Assembly: GCA_028534125.1 (NCBI GenBank)
Contig: CM052816.1
Span: 62,064,001-62,128,000 of the forward strand
DNA length: 64,000 nucleotides
Direction of reading: 5' to 3'
DNA from: Lama glama
Taxonomy: Eukaryota
Shown here: piece by piece, positions 62,950 to 64,000 of the stretch
Numbering within the stretch: position 1 is the first letter of the stretch
Layout of the letters: each line of letters opens with the position of its first letter
Position numbers and translations under genes: made by a program
The notes under the pieces: model-generated
Seen by the model: the letters and a program-made list of their open reading frames with translations, nothing else
What the model was told of the DNA's origin: nothing
The model's database searches: none

Positions 62950-63700
62950 ACAGGGTTAGGTGCTGAGTGAGGAAAAGGTGTTTATTATTTTTAAAAGAAT
63001 AGGCAGGTGAGGACACAGATCAGAGACTGACAATGAAGACAGGAGGCTGCGCAGACCAAATGAGCTGATCACAGTTAAGAGTTGATGTGCTTTTTGTTTG
63101 TGTGGTCAAGACCAAATACGATAAGGAGAAAAGCTGGATGAGGGAATCCCTTTTACTTTTAAACAGAGAGCTAGCAGAGAAGAATCTTCCTTTCAAATGT
63201 CATTTGTGAAAAGACAAAAAGTAGGAGTGGGTGGCAGGAGACCAGGTGAAAAACCGAGGGATTAGAGAGAGAGGAGGGGTGGAGGTCACTGGGTGTTGAG
63301 GACAATCATCAAGGGAGATTCCAGGGGCAACATGGGCATGAAATACTGCAAGTGTAGCCAGTGCAGAACTAGGGGAAAATGATGCATACCCAGTTGATTC
63401 AACCATGATTAAAAAGAATGAAAATTCTACTCTCTATGCGTGTTCACGTGTGAATGCACGTGTGTGGGCGGGGGGCCGTGCATGAGAACGGAGAGGACAA
63501 GTAAAGACATCAGGCTATGACAGTTGTTTGGGTGTCATCAGTGTCTGAGTATTCAATTTAGTGTTCAGGCATCCGGAGTGTCAAGGGGATAATCTCTCCA
63601 AACATGAAGTAAAGATGGAAACTGTGGAAGTTCAGGCTTCAGAAGGAAAAAGGAAAAAGAAGTAATCTTTCTCTATGGAGAAAATGTTCTCTCTTGGAGC
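62950..63700 (-). mobile_element. L2 internal (ORF2-region) fragment, old
   Basis: Purine-rich degenerate sequence resembling reversed L2 interior; family call by overall resemblance only. Confidence 0.45.
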
Positions 63701-64000
63701 GATGTTGCATAATCTTAGTTTTAGTTTTGTCTGGTGCATACATATGTGTGTACACAAGCTTTGAATTTTACAGGTACTTTATCATGTCACTTAATTCCTC
63801 CTCAACTGCACGCTCATTTGATTTCAAATCTCTACGTTAGTTGCTTCTTCACCTGAAAGGCCTTTCTTTTTCCTTCCTTACCTGAACCCTATCTTCACAA
63901 CCTTTTTTACAAGATTTTTCCTGAATATTAGAGTTTACTGACCCTTTCTATCTCTGAATTTAAATCATAGACAAAGATTACCTCTGTGCATCCCCCTATT

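Overview
This is a 64 kb mammalian genomic window, most likely camelid (alpaca/camel lineage). The assignment rests on eight copies of a tRNA-Ala-derived SINE resembling camelid Vic-1 and on cetartiodactyl-type L1 3' ends. I found no protein-coding gene, exon chain or genuine RNA gene. The ORF track is consistent with chance ORFs and repeat-derived frames, so the window appears intergenic or deep-intronic. It is dominated by nested retroelements and DNA-transposon fossils: L2, MIR, L3/CR1, old and young L1, and MER2/MER5/MER20/MER81/MADE2 types. The best-supported items are (1) a decayed LTR16-type ERV-L provirus with PBS, RT, integrase and dUTPase relics, (2) an L1 with a twin-priming 5' inversion plus duplication, (3) two ERV1-like solo LTRs, one well preserved with U3 repeats and a hairpin at the predicted TSS, and (4) two SINE copies that each lost one tRNA hairpin. 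Weaker leads are a CpG-decayed ~16-bp repeat array and a candidate compact minus-strand transcription unit at about 11.7-12.3 kb. I see no convincing evidence for a novel multi-gene system. Repeat family names come from recalled consensus similarity, not a database search, and boundaries without TSDs are approximate.
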